Shown here piece by piece: positions 12,321-24,500 of a stretch of DNA of 64,000 bases; within the stretch, counting starts at the first letter, position 1; the number at the start of each line of letters is the position of its first letter. The stretch comes from Balanoglossus misakiensis. Taxonomy: Eukaryota > Animalia > Hemichordata. The DNA is taken from contig CM082579.2 in NCBI GenBank assembly GCA_040954595.2, positions 13,951,834 to 14,015,833 of the forward strand, in the 5' to 3' direction. A model generated the notes under the pieces. The model was given only the letters and a program-made list of their open reading frames with translations, ran no database searches and was not told the origin of the DNA. Both the position numbers and the translations under genes were made by a program.

Positions 12321-13532
12321 CCTATCACGTGACGGATTCTGGCGAATCACGGCACAGTATTAGCATGAGGTATATTATAAATGTACATATATGTGGGTGT
12401 GTCATGTTTCATATCTTTTCCCGCTCACACACATTTATCTTTCCTTTCTAAAATAAAATTGAAATGACTATCTCCTGCACTGTGACATAACTATGTGCTT
12501 GGAATGTGGGCTTGCAGATTTATTTGGGGATGGTGGGGGGGGGGGGAGGAAATAAGAATGAGTGGAACCTTGAAATGAACAATCCCATACATGGTAACTT
12601 CACTATAGTAATAGTTACGTCCTTGAGTGCAGCAATTTACCATACCATTGACTTCCATCCTTTCTGCTTTAACTGTCTCCTCAGTGTGCTCTGTTTCCAA
12701 ATCACAGTCTGTCATGTTGATGTCTTCCCCTGTACTATGCTGTGTCTGTCTTGTATCTTCTATTGGTATACTGCAACGGGTCTCCTCAGCATTGCTACCA
12801 TGTAATGTTATGTTCCTTTCAGGTACACTTGTCGGCTCGATGTCATTCATGTCCATGGTGATATCAGGGGCAAGTTTATCATCTTCTACTGAGAGGATGT
12901 GTTCATGGGAACCAGGATCAATCAACAAGTCATGGTCATCATCATCTACACCAATTGGATGCTCTGGAATTTCCTCGGATTCTATAAGGTAGTATAAAAT
13001 ATTGACATTTTTTGTAGTGCTTATATTATATAGTGTTATTTCAAAATGTATTACTGTTATAGACTAATCATAATTCAAAAATAATTTCAAACGTTCATTT
13101 AACTAAGCCGTTCCAGCCAGTATTTATGTCACTCAATTTTGCTAAATCAGGCGAGAAGCAACACATTTCGCCCATTAGATATACTTTCATTGAATTCATG
13201 TGGTATTGAAAGTTGAACATGGCTGGGTATATATAGGTCAATTAATTTTGACAGGCTGAAGTGAAAGAAATTCATATTTTTGAAAGTAATGTTTCCCCCA
13301 AAATTATATGCATACAGATGAAGTCACGTATTTGGTTTGACTGTGATGTAATATGCTCTTACGTCTGCTATCATCTTGAAAGCCTGTGACAGTGAGGCTA
13401 CCACTTCTTTCACCATTGCTGTCATAGAGCTTTATCTTGTGGATTGGTAAAGCAATTGCTTCACTTCTTACTCTGTCCACACAATCTTACCAACACCTGT
13501 TGATATCACATTGTACCTTTTGCAGAGATTAT

Positions 13533-13676
13533 TGTGTTGTATTGGGACTCCGTACGCCATGAAGTCTAGTCAACAGAGTGCCAAAACGAGGCAACTCACT
13601 TTATTACCATAAGTCAACATAGAGGGCAGTATTACAGATAGTAATGTACAAGGCATTCAAAGTAACATACATTACA
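13533..13676 (-). repeat. 3' LTR
   Basis: 143/144 identical to 19110-19253; polypurine tract at 13677-13688. Confidence 0.97.
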
Positions 13677-13828
13677 CGCCCCTTTTTTACAAATGGGTGA
13701 CCGGTAATACAAGTGTGAACAATTCAGGATGTTTGACAATGTGAAGACATTTTTCTTATAACTCGGGAAAGCACCAAAAAAGTTCAGAACAATAATACAA
13801 AGAAGTGGTATCTCAAATACAATGCAAG

Positions 13829-16800
13829 TCAATTCTTTATAACACAGAAAACTACAAATCTAATTGAACTTTTCCTTTTGATACTCGGCCATAACGAGTA
13901 GTGACATCCGGTCGGATTTTCATGTTTGAGCTTTGTGTGGGCAGTAGTGTTGGGTGGGGTGGTATGTGGTGTGTCGGAAAATGTGGATTCAGAAAGACGG
14001 TTGGAAACTGGTACAGGTTTGGAACAAGATTCCTGTAGATATTCATCAATATCAGGTAAATCTGGTGGTGGTGGGTTTTCAGATGTTGGGTACATATGTC
14101 TGCGATTTCTTTTGTACACCTTTCCAGACTGACTTTCAACTAACACAGATCTGGGCTGTGGAAGTGATTCCTTTACAACACCATATTCCCATTTAGCATG
14201 TGGGTTACGAAATCTGACTGGCTGACCTGGGACAGGCTGTGCAATATTATGACGTGCTGTTCTGTCATAAGGGAGCATTCGTTTTTTACAGGGAGGGGGG
14301 GGCCGGTGGAATTTGAGTCGCCGACTAAATGTAAAAGGCAACCCCCCCTGGAAATTACTTTTCTAAAATGTGACCCCCCCCCCAAAAAAAAAAAGTTTAT
14401 CCACCGGATTAAACTTATCAAACTTTGTCAGATATTGGTGTATGTTCGACATACCACATAATCAACCATGAAACCTAGTTCCTTGATTTCCAAGTAGTGC
14501 ATTGTCTGCCTGATCTTGTTTCGTGAAAGAGTTCATTTTCAATGTCGCCGCTATCACTTTCTGAGTCACTTTCCGCTGAATCACCTATTTCACCTATCAC
14601 TACATGTTCATCTTCTGGTTCACTGTCCTCGTCCAAGTCATCCTCTTCATCCTCCTGCTCATCCTCCTCTTTGTCCCTCTCATGGTTTACTCTGAGACTT
14701 TCCAGAGTTGTTTGACACAGTTTCCGGCCAATGTGCGCTTCAACTATTTTCAGTTTGTCTTTTTTCAGCATCTTTTTCTCTGTTGTCAATTTATGTCTGT
14801 TCATGTACATGTCTACTGAACATTGTTTTTATTTTTTAAGTATTTGTATTCTGTGTTGGGAGACATTGTAAACCGAGAATTGAAGGGGGTGGGTTTGGGA
14901 GGGGGTGTCCCCCTCCCACGACGTAAGAAAATTTTATAAAATACAGAGCTGAAAGTGCATTTTAATGAACCCAGCAAAAGCAAATAAACGTCGCCGCTCA
15001 AAGTTATCATGGGGTGGGGGCAAGTCCCCTGACCTGGGACACTAGATAAACCAGTCAATGATTGAAAGGTGTTGATGAATGGAGGGGGTGGGTGTGGGAA
15101 AATTTTGTAAAATAAAGGACGCGAAACTGCATTTTTGTGGACTCAAAATAAATATTTAGCCGTCAAAGTTTTCAAGTCCCCCCTTTCAGTCCCTATATAA
15201 TAATCCCTTGATTATAAAATTTGTCCCCCCCTAAAAACTGCTTTGTAAAAGTAAACCCCCCCCCCTGATTTCCACCGGCCCCCCCCTCCCTGTAAAAAAC
15301 GAATGCTCCCTAATAGTATTTCTGCTTGAGCTGTCTAGCTTTCAAGTGATTTGTCATGGGAGGGACTATATGAGGTTTTGTCAAGTTTTCCGCTGTGGGA
15401 AGTTTGGACTTCAAGATTCTGCTCTTAAGCAATTGACTGGGTGATAAACCATTTGTTCCATCTAGGGGAGTATTGCGAAACTCTAGCAATGAAACATAGG
15501 GGTCTTGACCACTTTTATATGCCTTTTTCATCAGACGTTTGACTGATTTTACAGCATTTTCAACTTGGCCATTGGATTGTGAATAACCTGGGCTGATCTT
15601 GATGTGGTTAAATTCCCAATCATGAGCAAATTTACGGTATTCACGATTGTCATAACATGGACCGTTATCACTAATGACAGTATCAGGGATTCCTTCACGA
15701 GCAAATACAGATTTTGTTGCGGATATAACTGCATTCGCTGTTTTGTTTGGGAGCTTTATTACTTCTGGGAACTTTGAGTGATAATCAATAATGACCAAAT
15801 AATCATCTGATCCTAATTCGAACAAATCAGTACCAACTTTGGACCATGGGGTAGTTGGTATCTCGTGGGGGATCATCGGTTCTCGAGAACGCTTGGGACG
15901 AAATTCCATACAGACTGAGCATTTAGATATCATGTCTTCAATCTCGTTGTTGATACATGGCCAAAATAGTATTGAGCGGGCTCTTTGTTTTGTTTTTACA
16001 ATTCCTTGATGGCTGGCGTGTAGTTTTTGCATGATTTCTGGACGCATACTTGCTGGAATAATGACTTGGTTGTTGCGGAACAATATTCCATGGGCATATG
16101 TTATTTCATGTCGATATGCATGATATGGTTTGACTTCATCAGAAACATACATTTTATTGTCGGGCCATTTTGAGGTGGCTAGGTCAATGACCTTCAACAG
16201 CGTTGGGTCACACGCGGTTTCTTCACGTAATTTCTCTAACTTCTGATCTGATATGGGCATTTGATTGATGATACTGAGAACTTCACGTTCTGCATCTGAC
16301 TGTTGTGGAGCATCGATCGGGGCTCGACTCAGCGCATCGGGTATGAGCATTTCTTTACCGGGTTTATACACAATGTGTAGATCATATCTCAGAAGATTCA
16401 TGCGCATGCGTTGTAAACGTGGACTCAGTTTATGCAGCGGTTTCTGAAATATACCGACAAGGGGTTTGTGATCGGTTTCGACAGTTGTTTTGTCTCCATA
16501 TATATAATCATGAAACCGAGTACATGCAAAGAAAATTGCACTCATCTCCTTTTCGATTGTCGCGTAATTTACTTCTGCATTATTCAGTCTGCGCGAGGCG
16601 TAAGCAACTGGGTGTGAATCTTGGCTTATCATAGCGCCAAAACCTTTGTCACTAGTATCAGTAGAAATTGTGACGGGCTTTTTAGCATCGTAGAATTTCA
16701 GAACGGGAGCATTTGTAGCGACTTCAATCAATTTGTCAAACGCAGCATCATGTCTGGCTTCCCAGCTCCATTCTATTCCTTTTGCAAGAAGCTCACGTAA

Positions 16801-19089
16801 TGGGGCTGTAAGTGCTGACAAATTTGGCACGAACTTTGCTAGATACACCATGATGCCGAGAAATGTCTGGAGCTCAGATTTGTTTTGCGGCTTGGACATT
16901 TCTGTGAGGGCTCGGATTCTTTCTGGACTTGGTTTCAGTCCTTCACTTGTCAGTAAGTGACCTGAGAATTCGACTTCGTCAACAGCTATTTCACATTTGC
17001 TGCCATTGAGTTTCAATCCGGACTCGCGAACTTTGTCTAGGAATTGACAGAGGTTTTTGTCATGCTCGTCATCACAAGTAGCTTGTAGTAGCATATCGTC
17101 TACAATGACTTCAATACCTTCTAAATCACCAAATTCATCTATCATGGCTCTTTGCCAAATTTCGCTTGCAGAGCTAATACCAAATGGCATTCTCTTGAAC
17201 ATATATCTACCCCAGGGGGTGTTGAACGTGGTTAGCTTGGAACTCGCGTCGCTAAGTTTGAGTTGCCAATAACCTGACGTGGCGTCGAACTTGGAAGAAT
17301 ATTTGCGTCTGGCATTCGCGTTACGACGTCTTCTAACGTGGCGTTTGGAAAGTGCTCACGACGTATTGCTTTGTTTAATTCTTGTGGATCTAGGCATACG
17401 CGCACTTGGCCATTCTTTTTCATGACCACGGTGATTTGACTAACCCAATCGGTTGGCTCGGTGACGGGTTCAATTACATCAAGTAAAACCATACGATCTA
17501 ATTCTGCTTTGACTTTGTCTCTCAATTTGTGAGGGATTTGTCTTGGTGGTAACTGAACTGGGGGTACAGTGGGGTCAATTTGTATGTCATACTCACAGTT
17601 GTTCAGACAACCAAGGCCTTCGAATAAATCCTTGTTTTTGTCAAGTAACCTTTGGGCTTGTTTAGTACGCTTTGAGTGTGATTTTTCTGAAGCAGTTGAA
17701 ATATTGCCATTCTGTTTGGGGACAGGACCACAGGTTTGTACATGAAATACCCTTTTCAAAAGATTCAAACTTTCACATGTTTCACGACCAAGGATGGGTA
17801 CAACATTACCTGTAACAACTTGAAATGTGATGGGGATGGGCTTACTCTGTGTGATTTTGCCATTCACACCTTGTGTATTTACTTTCACTTTGAGCTGGAC
17901 TTGGCCAATGGGCTTAATCACATGATTGCTGTATGATTTCAAAGTGATTTGTGAACGCTTCAAATGAGTGTGCTTAGGTACCAAAGATTTCAATACAGAC
18001 ACTGGAATAATATCAACTTGTGAACCACTATCTAGTTTGAAGGATACATTGGTGTCTCCAATGCGACAACTTTGAGACCAGTCTTTTGATCTGCTATCAG
18101 TTTCAGTTTCAAGGGTTCTGACAGTTAGAGTGTCAATAGTGAACAGTGCGATGTCTTCATCACTGCTATCTGCATGCGTAACTGCTTTCACTGCACGCTG
18201 GCTACGTGGGTGCTGGCTTGACCTGGCTCGTGACATCGACTGCTGGGCAGGATGTTGTGTTGTGGGGCTGGCACAACGGTTGTTGGTACGCTGGGCAGTA
18301 CCTCTACACTTACTTGCAAAGTGGTTTGGTTTTCCGCATTTCCGGCATGTTTTGCCATATGCTGGGCATTTTCTAGAATCGTGTTCATAGGGACAGTTCG
18401 GACACTGCCTGTTCGGAGATTGCCTATTCCCCGCGGGAGGTCGACGCGTAAACTTCTGGTGGGACTTACCACGTGACTGTTTACCGCCTGCACGCTTGAC
18501 GTCGTGTACATCAACTGGACTATCGTTATCGATGAAAGAGAGTGATCTCATCTGATCTGCGGATAGTTCTGCTGCTTTGCAGGTGTTGACTGCATTCTGC
18601 AGTGTGAGGTCGTCAGTTCGTAGAAGTCTTTCTCGGACTTTCTCATCTCTGATTCCACACACTATGCGATCACGAAGAAATTCATCCGCCAAATCTTGGG
18701 GTAAACTGCAGTCTTTGAGCAACGTGCGTAATGACGTCAAATAGTCCGTGAACGACTCGTTGATTTTCAGTTGTCTTGAGTTGAATAAATAACAGTTTAC
18801 GGTTATGTTTTTTCTTGGCTCACAATAACCGGCGAACTTTTCGATGACTGGATCGATTTTGTGTTCATCTCTGGGATCAGCGAACTCGAACGTGTCGAAG
18901 ACTTGCCGCGCAGCGGTACCAGCTACATGTAGAAATGTGGCGACTTGTACGGCCTCTTCTTTTTTGTCCAGTTCTGCTGCCGTGGCGAACGTTTCCCAAC
19001 TGCGACGAAACTCCTTCCAGTTTTGCGCAACGTTACCATCTAGGCTTAGATGTGCTGGAGGTTTCAGTTGAATGTTGGATTGAGCCATT
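13829..19089 (-). pseudogene. Gypsy gag-pol polyprotein, frameshifted near 17300 and interrupted by a MITE
   Basis: Gag with two Cys/His knuckles (CPNCPYEHDSRKC, CRKCGKPNHFASKC), protease FKLDSGS, RT RMPFGISSA..IVDDML, RNase H TDTSDKG..ETDHKPL, integrase HHCC plus GTDLF/SDNGP/NGQVE. The sequence LKQKYY|YDRTAR is continuous across the 14271-15310 insert. Confidence 0.95.
14271..15310. mobile_element. PIF/Harbinger-type non-autonomous element inside the Gypsy integrase C-terminus
   Basis: ~40-bp TIRs gggagcattcgttttttacagggaggggggggccggtggaa / ttccaccggcccccc..tccctgtaaaaaacgaatgctccc. 3-bp TSD TAA at 14268-70 and 15311-13. Confidence 0.9.
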
Positions 19090-19096
19090 TTCCTCA

Positions 19097-19109
19097 ACTT
19101 CTGACACCA
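19097..19109 (-). promoter_or_regulatory. Primer-binding site, probably tRNA-Leu
   Basis: tggtgtcagaagt directly follows the 5' LTR on the minus strand and matches my recollection of the animal tRNA-Leu(CAA) 3' end complement. Confidence 0.75.
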
Positions 19110-19253
19110 TGTGTTGTATTGGAACTCCGTACGCCATGAAGTCTAGTCAACAGAGTGCCAAAACGAGGCAACTCACTTTATTACCATAAGTCAACATAGA
19201 GGGCAGTATTACAGATAGTAATGTACAAGGCATTCAAAGTAACATACATTACA
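19110..19253 (-). repeat. 5' LTR
   Basis: TG...CA ends, adjacent to the PBS and the TSD. Confidence 0.97.
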
Positions 19254-19438
19254 ATTATGACCGGAAATGATGCAGATGAGGTCCTGGTTCCTATAGAAAT
19301 AAACAGGTAAGGAGATTGATCAAACATTCTTTATATAACAGTTTACACACAACACCAATGGCTAATGTAAGTACTATAATCTTGGACAATTTTTACAATA
19401 GAATTTTCCAAAATAAATAAGGATTTGCAAGCTGTTAA

Positions 19439-19780
19439 AGGGACAAAGTCTCTCTCTCTCGCTGCCCTTTTCCCATTAATATTATGTTTCATTCAAGACA
19501 CTGTTTATGTTAATGTACATGTGGATATATACTGAATGAACATTCAACCACACACACCTTCCATCCCGCTTGTAGACACGAGAGTGAAAAACCTTGCCAA
19601 AATGAACAATCGGTCTCTACCATTTATTCATTTTGGGCGAGTTTTTACTCTCATATACAAGCATGGTGGAACTTGTGTGTGGTTGAACGTTCATTCACTA
19701 CATATACACATGTACATTAACATAAATGGTGTTTTGTATCAAACACAAAAAGAAAAAGGGCAGCGAGTGAGAGACCTTTT
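19439..19780 (+). mobile_element. AGGGACAAAG MITE family copy with degenerate right end
   Basis: ttaa|agggacaaagtctctctctcgctgcccttttccc...aaaaagggcagcgagtgagagacc; aligns with 38501-39325. Confidence 0.8.
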
Positions 19781-22700
19781 TAGAAAGCCATAAAACATGT
19801 GGGATATCCGAGAATAGTTCTATTATTTGTAAAAATGGAGGTTGCTCGTCACAAAAAATAACAGAACCTGCTTGACAGAAAAGTTCCATGAAAAAGACAG
19901 GGCATGTATAGATGTAATTTTTGATGCTTTGATACTATATTTTAGATTAGTTTTTCCTGTCCCAAAACACCATGCAATCTGTTGTATTATGTCTGCATAT
20001 AATCAACAGTAATTGTTATTGAAAAGAAATAAAAGTGTGAGTTAAAATATTTGGGACTAAATTGCACTGCAGATACCTTGAAATCATCCTGGGTATCAGA
20101 GTTAAAAACTCTATTGCTCCCTCATGTCTCTGCCACAATGCACCTTCTCCTGGCAGCAAGAAATCTGCAATCCTTTCATAGTGGCTTTGCAGTAGTGTTG
20201 GTCGTCGCAGTATTTCGTCCTCAGGGATTACTGTATTCTGACGTTTTGGGAGCTGCTTTTCAATTTTGCTAATTTCAGATTCTATAATTTGTGATGGATC
20301 TCTTTCTTTTGTCATCTCTTCTTCTGCACCTAGACGTATCATGGCATTACCTATGATACCACCTGGACGCTTGGAGGAAGTTGTTTTCGTCACTCTCCGT
20401 ATTCGATTGAAAACTCGCTCCTGCTTTTCAGCATTTGTTGACCTCAGAGAAACCAATCTCAGTTGATCAGGTAGATGGACGGTGATGTTATGGAAATACC
20501 GCCCGAACATCTTTCGTTTGGTAAGTTTCTTTGGCTTCTCAAATACCCTTTTGCACAATATTCCATGCAAAAATACAGTGTTATACAATCGCAGAATCAG
20601 TCGTGGGCATCTGTCATTGTCATGTTTATAAGCAGTTTCGCTTATTTCAGCAAGCGTGTCAATAAGCTGACCGTGCTCAGTATTTATGTTGTTCTCGTGA
20701 AGATACTGGGACACCAGAAGGATAGCTTTGCGTGCATCACATCCCCGAATTTCGTCTTTACCACCATATGTTGCCTGAATAAAGTTCTGTAACTTTACTG
20801 CTTCTTCTTTATCCTTGGTTTGTGCTGGAATTTCTTCTAACACATTGTGGATGTGTCCCTTCAGGTCATGGAGTGGCTCTGATGGCAAAATTTCATATGC
20901 AGAGCAGTTTATTTCAGCAAGATGATATTCTGGAGTGAGATGGAGCAGTGCTGGTACTCTCTGCATACCATGTAAAATTTCAGAGAGTTTAGATTGTAAG
21001 TCTGGCTTCTTTAATCCTTCAGTTTCTTCACCCCTAGCATCAAGCTCTCTCCTAAGGTCGGCCACTGTTAAGTTGGCAAATGGATGGGGAGTTTGCCGTG
21101 ACTTTTCTCTCCATATTGGGCTGCCCTTGATTAACAAGTTACGTTTCTCATCTATTGACAGATATTTCAGATGGTAACATGCAGACAGATCATCATGTCT
21201 TCTTGACTCTATTCCACAGATGCACTGGTAGTGACCTCCTTTCTGGTGCTAATCCTCAAACTCCTGTGCCGGTCCATCGCCATGAAAAAATCGGTGGACA
21301 TCTGTGTATTCCCTGGAACCTTCGTCGGATGTTATTGGTCCTGTTGCACATTTTAGATCTTCTACTCTGGTTTCAACATATGACAGCTGATCAACGTCAT
21401 TGGAGTTGGATCGTCCCATTATATATAGATGTGGCTTCTCAACAAGCGAGTCAACGTTTACTTTTTTTCCGTGTTTCTCCAAGTACTCCTCATTTGCCGC
21501 GTCGTATATCCAGCTCACCATGAAGACAATGTGGGAATGGTTGCCTACAGTACTGTGGTCATGCCATATTTTGAAGTGCCGTGAGTGATGTAGTCTTTTT
21601 AATTTGCAGGAAAAATATGCACCTATCTATTATGTTGTTGATTGATTCATTCCAAGGTGTACATTAAGAACTGTCCCTCATTTGACTTAATAATCCAAAT
21701 TACACAAACAATAAACGCATAAATTTTATTGTTATTAATGAAAATACTGGTAGAGTTGATAAGCTGAATACTGGACATTTAAGCATATCTCAATTTGCAA
21801 ATATAGAACTGGAAGTGAACATAGTATCAATACCCAAACAACATGAAAATCACGCACCCTTTTTTAAAACTCTAGACCAAGGTAAAATAATTGCCTGAAC
21901 ATTTTTCAGCAGATCCCTTCTATATTTCCAAACAATTCTTGAACACAAATCCAAAATCCAATGGTCACATAATCTAATCCAAACACACCCTTCAAATAAA
22001 TCTATGTCATATAATCCAATCAAAGCACATATTTCAAATACATTTACATCCAACAATTGTGGAATTAGAAAATGTGGAATTGAAAGTCTCTAGAGCTGCC
22101 ACTTTTTAGCATTAATTTCCAACTTAAATTAGTCCATCTAAATAAGCTTACTTAGGTATACATGAACACCTTATCGATGCCCGATTATGACTGCATGTTG
22201 CAATTTGAACACTTTTGTATTAAAACGGTGCCGCACCTATTTCATCAGCCTCCATACAAACAGTACGCAGCTATCGTGGTTTGCGTTGCCAAAAGATGAC
22301 AAACTGATGCAAATGCGAGTAATATGGCTTAAGTTGAGGATTTAGAGGATAGGGAATATATTTGAAGTATTTTATTGTTGAAAAATGTGAAATTTGGCAG
22401 CTATACAGGCTTTAATAGACAGGCATTGAAATGACTTTACAAACAAATTTTTCTTGAATGTTTAAGACAGACAGAATCAACCCACAGTCAGCCTCAAATA
22501 TATAAACTATTACAAAATGTTAATTAAATGGAAAATTTTGAAAAAAATTGCTTGGCCACTCATTTGATTGCATTTTTTCCATTTCATATTTTAGGCATGG
22601 TATATCAATATAATTTGTTGTGTTGTGTATATATTATGCTTGAAAACCAATTGACGGAAATATTAATTTAGAATAATGGTTATATTTTGAGAAATCACAA

Positions 22701-23620
22701 AGATTTCTACATCACTCCCACATCATTGGTTGCTTAGCAACAGACATTCACCCTCCAAGCAAATTAATATCCTTTGAGAAGTATCATGTGGAGAGGATCA
22801 TGCAGTCACATAATCTTTGCTTTGTACCATCCACCATTTCATTGTAGGCTTTATCATAAAGGTGTTGTTTGGATTTCTGGCAGTTTGTAAGGTGATATGA
22901 GAAATGCATTCCTTTCTGGCAAAAGACAACAACGTGTACTGCAAATTAATAGCTGGAATCATGATGATGATGATGATGATAATAAATATTATTTTTTTAA
23001 AAACAATATTTTGAAAATAACTGTAAAAGAGATCGCCCAGCGTCTCTCTCTTATACAGGAGTGACGTCGTAAAGACACACAGCTCTGCCCAGCATAGCTC
23101 TGGACTTATACGCTGTTTGGGTCAACGCTGCTCTCCGTCCCCACAGCTATGGAGCCATCCATAGGAAAATCCGTTGGGTGCGGAGCAAAATGATACGCAC
23201 CGATTTTCAAACAATAAACTACATGAACATGTACATAATGTTGTCAGAAATAAAGATCGAACGAAAATTTCACAAATGGGAACCTACTTGACGTGTTTGT
23301 CGCCGAATCGTAAACGTCGTTAATGCAGCGCCGTAAAACTGGTGACCCTCCCATACAAACATGGACGTTCGCCTTCATTTAAGTCATGTGATCAACACGT
23401 GACACGTGTTTTACTATGCCAAGCAGAGCTACATGGTGCCTGCAAACTGCATGTGGCTAAAACGGCACATATTCTAAGTTGTGCGTTTAATGTATCAGTA
23501 GAACAATACCTTCATTTTGCAGCTGTGTTGTTTTCATGTTCGCGGAAAACTTCTTTGCCACCATCGGTTTAAAACTATGAAAGCCAGTTGGGGACATGTA
23601 CATACGCAATAAATAAAAAA

Positions 23621-24065
23621 TTATCTCGAGATCTCGAGATAATTCCATTCGTTTTCCTGACTTTTTATTTTTATATCTCGAGATCTCGAGATAATTCCAT
23701 TCGTTTTCCCGACTTTTATTTTTTTATCTCGAGATCTCGAGATAATTCAAGTTCGTTTTCCTGACTTTTTATTTTTTTATCTCGAGATCTCGAGATAATG
23801 CTATTCGTTTTCCCGACTTTTTATTTTTTTATCTCGAGATCTCGAGATAATTCAAGTTCGTTTTCCTGACTTTTTATTTTTTTATCTCGAGATCTCGAGA
23901 TAATGCTATTCGTTTTCCCGACTTTTTTATTTTTTTATCTCGAGATCTCGAGATAATTCAAGTTCGTTTTCCTGACTTTTTATTTTTTTATCTCGAGATC
24001 TCGAGATAATGCTATTCGTTTTCCCGACTTTTTATTTTTTTATCTCGAGATCTCGAGATAATTCT
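23621..24065. repeat. IS3EU left subterminal tandem array (~50-bp unit, palindromic core)
   Basis: About 9 copies of ttatctcgagatctcgagataa separated by ttcgttttccygactttttattttt spacers. Confidence 0.95.
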
Positions 24066-24500
24066 CTCGAAAGAGGGCGGTGTGTTGGTAGGGGGACTGT
24101 CCAGAGAGGACCATGCATCGATATCGGTCCAGAGAGGGACATGCATCGATATCGGTACGGAGAATTGGCAAGCAAGCACTCGGTGTATTCAATGGTAGGA
24201 GTGATCGTCGGTTTCAGAGCTGCATGCTGCATCGTATCATCAGACTGAGTGCATGAGTCTTGGTAATTAGTTGACATTTCAACTTCGTAATATTTATAAT
24301 TACTAGTTATACGTACTGGGACAAATTACCGAAGTCTTGGCCTGAGATTACTTTCCAAGTTGGCAAGAAAACTGACTCAGTGGTAAAGTTACTAAACAAT
24401 TGGTTTCAATATTATACTTTATTCATTATCATTATACGATAATTCCTTTTATCTAATGCGACAATTAACATTCCTCCTCTATCGAACAGATAACGTCACC

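Larger units (their letters stand above)
13533..19253 (-). mobile_element. Full-length Ty3/Gypsy LTR retrotransposon (Mag-like)
   Basis: 144-bp TG...CA LTRs at 13533-13676 and 19110-19253, differing at one base. 5-bp TSD ATTAT at 13528-32 and 19254-58. PBS tggtgtcagaagt next to the 5' LTR. PPT aaaaaaggggcg next to the 3' LTR. Domain order gag-PR-RT-RH-IN. Confidence 0.97.
11390..21600 (-). pseudogene. Decayed, 5'-truncated DDE transposase of CMC/Chapaev/Transib-like type with SAP-like motif
   Basis: Motifs KIWHDHSTVGNH, RFFHGDGPAQEFE, SAP-like LTVADLRRELDARG..GLKKPDL, EPLHDLKGHIHN and NAEKQERVF in 20077-21600. The next exon (EPGPHLHHFRS, ~19254-19290) resumes beyond the Gypsy insert (<13532: SLQKVQCDINRCW*..LPIHKIKLYDSNG). 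Further exons at ~12630-12985 and ~11390-11820. Stops and frameshifts present. Termini not identified; superfamily is inferred. Confidence 0.65.

Noticed and set aside
20077-21600. ProtoRAG/RAG1L-RAG2L transposon
   Set aside because: No RAG1-specific catalytic-site context, no RAG2-like gene and no heptamer/nonamer-type TIRs found; only superfamily-level resemblance.
22200-22350. Similarity to 37670-37810 as possible LTR or long direct-repeat pair
   Set aside because: Diverged, with no TG..CA ends or TSD; more likely two copies of a dispersed repeat.
23621-24065. CRISPR-like array (palindromic repeat with spacers)
   Set aside because: The spacers are near-identical, the array is mirrored at the other transposon end, no cas genes are present, and the context is eukaryotic.
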